Shown here: positions 61,209-64,000 of the stretch, one piece after another | Numbering within the stretch: position 1 is the stretch's first letter | How the letters are laid out: each line of letters opens with the position of its first letter | Assembly: GCA_965197475.1 (NCBI GenBank) | Contig: CBDANF010000003.1 | Span: forward strand, 1-64,000 | Direction of reading: 5' to 3' | Length of the DNA: 64,000 bases | Origin: Candidatus Poribacteria bacterium | Lineage (GTDB): Bacteria; Poribacteria; WGA-4E; WGA-3G | Notes under the pieces: model-generated | Told to the model about the DNA's origin: nothing | What the model saw: only the letters and a program-made list of their open reading frames with translations | Database searches by the model: none | Position numbers and translations under genes: made by a program

Positions 61209-62318
61209 ATGTTGCCACGTATCGGGATAACTATGGGCGATGCTGCTGGCATCGGTCCCGAAATTATCATTAAAGCTCTCTCCAACAAAAACGTCTACCA
61301 GATGTGTCAACCGATTGTCATCGGGAGTTCGGCAATAATTCAGGACGCGCTCAGATTCGTTTCCTCAAAAGACATTCTATCCAAAGCTCAAGAGAACCTT
61401 CCCAAAGTTTCACGTATCCATTCACTAAAACACGTTACCGCAATCCACGGTAGGATTGATGTGCTTGATGCAAGTTCATTAAAACCTGAAGATATTTCGC
61501 ATGGAACAATAGATTCTTGCTGTGGTACTGCTGCAGTTCAGGCGATTGAGACTGCGGTGAAACTGACATTGGATGGTATGCTTGACGGTATAACAACCGC
61601 CCCAATTTGTAAGGCATCAATTCAGCGCGCAGGTTCACCATTTCCCGGTCACACTGAGATGCTCACAAGTTTGACACAATCCGAAAAATCTGTTATGATG
61701 CTCAAAACGTGGGACACTTCCCTTCAATTTAAGTCAGAATTCAGTGTGGATTTAAAAAAAGAGAAGAAAAATTCTTGTAACTCAACTAATCTAACAAAAG
61801 ATCTTACTGTCTCTTTTGTCACCAACCATATTCCGATTGCAGAAATTTCGCAGCAACTATCAGTGGAAAGAATTAACGATGTCATTCAAATAACATATGA
61901 CGCATTAGTTCGATTTGGGATTGAAAATCCACGTTTAGTTGTAGCAGGATTAAATCCACATGCCGGGGAAGAGTGTATGTTCGGTAAAGAGGAAGAGACT
62001 TACATCGGACCAGCAATTCGGCAGGCACACGCGGCAGGTTTGCAAGTTGACGGTCCCCTACCTGCAGATACGTTATTCAAAAAAGCAATCCGTGGTGATT
62101 GGGATGCTGTCATCGCAATGTACCATGACCAAGGAAATATCCCGATAAAACTGATTGGATTTGGACAGGTTGTAAACATCACATTAGGGTTGCCCATTGT
62201 ACGCACCAGTGTTGACCACGGCACGGCGTTTGACATTGCTGGACAAGGTATTGCGAGTGAAACCAGTCTCATTGCTGCTTTAGCAGCTGCATCACAATTA
62301 GCGAGTTCTCAATTATGA
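61209..62318 (+). CDS. pdxA: 4-hydroxythreonine-4-phosphate dehydrogenase
   Basis: MGDAAGIGPE, GHTE, LNPHAGE, MYHDQG, RTSVDHGT. Confidence 0.95.
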   Translation: MLPRIGITMGDAAGIGPEIIIKALSNKNVYQMCQPIVIGSSAIIQDALRFVSSKDILSKAQENLPKVSRIHSLKHVTAIHGRIDVLDASSLKPEDISHGTIDSCCGTAAVQAIETAVKLTLDGMLDGITTAPICKASIQRAGSPFPGHTEMLTSLTQSEKSVMMLKTWDTSLQFKSEFSVDLKKEKKNSCNSTNLTKDLTVSFVTNHIPIAEISQQLSVERINDVIQITYDALVRFGIENPRLVVAGLNPHAGEECMFGKEEETYIGPAIRQAHAAGLQVDGPLPADTLFKKAIRGDWDAVIAMYHDQGNIPIKLIGFGQVVNITLGLPIVRTSVDHGTAFDIAGQGIASETSLIAALAAASQLASSQL

Positions 62319-64000
62319 TAAAACGTTTCCGATTCTTTCTAATTTTTTTCTGTTTTTTTATAGGTGTTCTACAAGTTGAGTTTAATATGGGAGGGTTTTG
62401 CAACCCTAATAATGTTCCAGCACAATACCAAGGGCTGATTGGCAGTTCTTACACAAACCACAATAGTCCGATAGAGGTACTAAAAACAGAACCACATTTT
62501 CTTATTCTACGATTCCGCCTTCCTGTACTTGAAATACAAAAACATCTACAGAATGGAAAATCCGCTACACATATCCAATTTGATGGTGCATATTGGACAA
62601 CCGAAATAGGAAAACCGAAACTTCCTGTCTATACCGCCCAAATTGGGCTGCCTTCGTCAAGTAGTGTTAGCGCAACGGTGCTACAAAAACAGAGTTCCTT
62701 CAAAAAAGTGGAACTTCCGCTAACCACAAATCTGGCATCAGATCCTTTTTTCTCGGATGCACAGGAAAGAGACGACTCCACTATATCTAATGCATTTAAA
62801 ACATCTACGCTCTATCCCGCTGAGTTGGTAGAGGTCATACCGGTTGGGTTTGTGCGATCACAACGGATCGGTTCTCTACACATCCATCCGGTACAATACA
62901 ACAGTACAACACAGCAGATAAAAATCACCAATGACATCACGTTTCGTATTGATTTTTATGGTGCTTCAACAGCTGTTCCTACCCCTCCTTCATCTCATCT
63001 TCTTGATAGTGCTGCCTATGAAAATCTGTTTCAGACAATGTTGATTAACAATACTCAAGCATCTGTTTGGCGTCAAAGACGAAATGCAATAGGACGAATG
63101 CCGATTCAAGGTGCCCCTAATGTCCCAGTCGCTACGCGGAGACGTTTTAAAATTTCCATTACACAAAACGATATGTATCGTATCAGCTACAATAACCTCA
63201 GCGTAGCTGGTGTTACACCTGAAACTATTGACTTAGACAGCATCCAAGTGGAAACAAGCAGACAAAAAAAGGGATTTTATATTTTTGATGAAAACCAGAA
63301 TGAAACCCTTGATCCAGGAGATATGATTGTTTTCTATGCGCGCGGCTTGATTAATAAATTTACGGATACCAATGTCTATTGGTTTAGTTTTGCCGAAAAA
63401 GGTGCTGAGAGTGCAGTAGGTGAAACTGTTGCAGATGACACATTACGTATTGGCACTCGGTCAGCTGCACCGATTGCTCGTAATATCCAACCTCCAAATG
63501 CTTTTTTCACGAAATTACGGTTTGAAGAAAATGTCTTTCACGATACACTTGATGGAGATAATGTCAGAGACGACTTGGCGGATCACTACTTCTGGACCGG
63601 TCTCAGAGGGGACGGTTCTGATATAAGTAAGAAACCTTTTAGGGTTGAGCTGCCTGGTGCTGTCTCACGCCATAATATTGAACGGGATGCTACTATTCGT
63701 ATAAGATTCCAAGGTGCTTCACGCAAAAGCGCAGCAAAACATCAAGCGTTAATTCATTTTAACGGAAGGCAACTCGGCAAGATCAAAGAATGGAACCTAC
63801 AGAACGCCGTGACTGCTACACGCGATATTCCACAAAAATTTATACATCATAATGCCATCAATGATTTGCGGATTGATGCACTTGACAAAAACGAAACACC
63901 AGAAGGGTCTTTCGACTTTTACTTGGATTGGTACGAGTTTGAATACTGGCACAATTTTCGCGCAGAATCCAAACGGCTTGCGTTTAACTCAAAAACGGAC
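62315..64000 (+). CDS. Peptidase C25 (gingipain/PorU-like) large secreted protein, partial
   Basis: Not in the ORF track. ATGA overlap with pdxA; GKPKLP, LYPAEL...IHPVQYN propeptide, FKISITQNDMYRISY, FTDTNVYW. Confidence 0.75.
   Translation, partial: MIKRFRFFLIFFCFFIGVLQVEFNMGGFCNPNNVPAQYQGLIGSSYTNHNSPIEVLKTEPHFLILRFRLPVLEIQKHLQNGKSATHIQFDGAYWTTEIGKPKLPVYTAQIGLPSSSSVSATVLQKQSSFKKVELPLTTNLASDPFFSDAQERDDSTISNAFKTSTLYPAELVEVIPVGFVRSQRIGSLHIHPVQYNSTTQQIKITNDITFRIDFYGASTAVPTPPSSHLLDSAAYENLFQTMLINNTQASVWRQRRNAIGRMPIQGAPNVPVATRRRFKISITQNDMYRISYNNLSVAGVTPETIDLDSIQVETSRQKKGFYIFDENQNETLDPGDMIVFYARGLINKFTDTNVYWFSFAEKGAESAVGETVADDTLRIGTRSAAPIARNIQPPNAFFTKLRFEENVFHDTLDGDNVRDDLADHYFWTGLRGDGSDISKKPFRVELPGAVSRHNIERDATIRIRFQGASRKSAAKHQALIHFNGRQLGKIKEWNLQNAVTATRDIPQKFIHHNAINDLRIDALDKNETPEGSFDFYLDWYEFEYWHNFRAESKRLAFNSKTD

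Overview
Bacterial window, most consistent with Candidatus Poribacteria (inferred from DUF1501, cohesin/FlgD-tailed and C25-type secreted proteins and dense GTAG-type REP repeats). Housekeeping content includes a six-tRNA operon followed by tig-clpP-clpX-lon-S4-pdxA, plus moeA, rsmD, a family-4 UDG, and TRAP/ABC/MATE transporters. Accessory content includes an ISL2-like IS5, two inverted IS3 copies plus an IS3 left-end fragment, an IS1595 nested in an IS5, two internally deleted IS remnants, and a type III-like R-M locus with higBA between mod and res. The most striking signal is a 1998-bp element (49953-51950). It has 10-bp terminal inverted repeats and a TA duplication at a GTAC target, encodes only two DUF1670 paralogs with no recognisable transposase, and carries a consensus promoter driving a ~120-nt hairpin-rich RNA in its right end. 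Other notable items are a sulfurtransferase whose catalytic Cys codon is an in-frame TGA (candidate selenoprotein), a tandem Hfq/Sm-like protein, a stranded tmRNA 3' end (att-like scar) and an uncharacterised modular membrane-repeat protein pair. All calls were made by eye; no searches were run.
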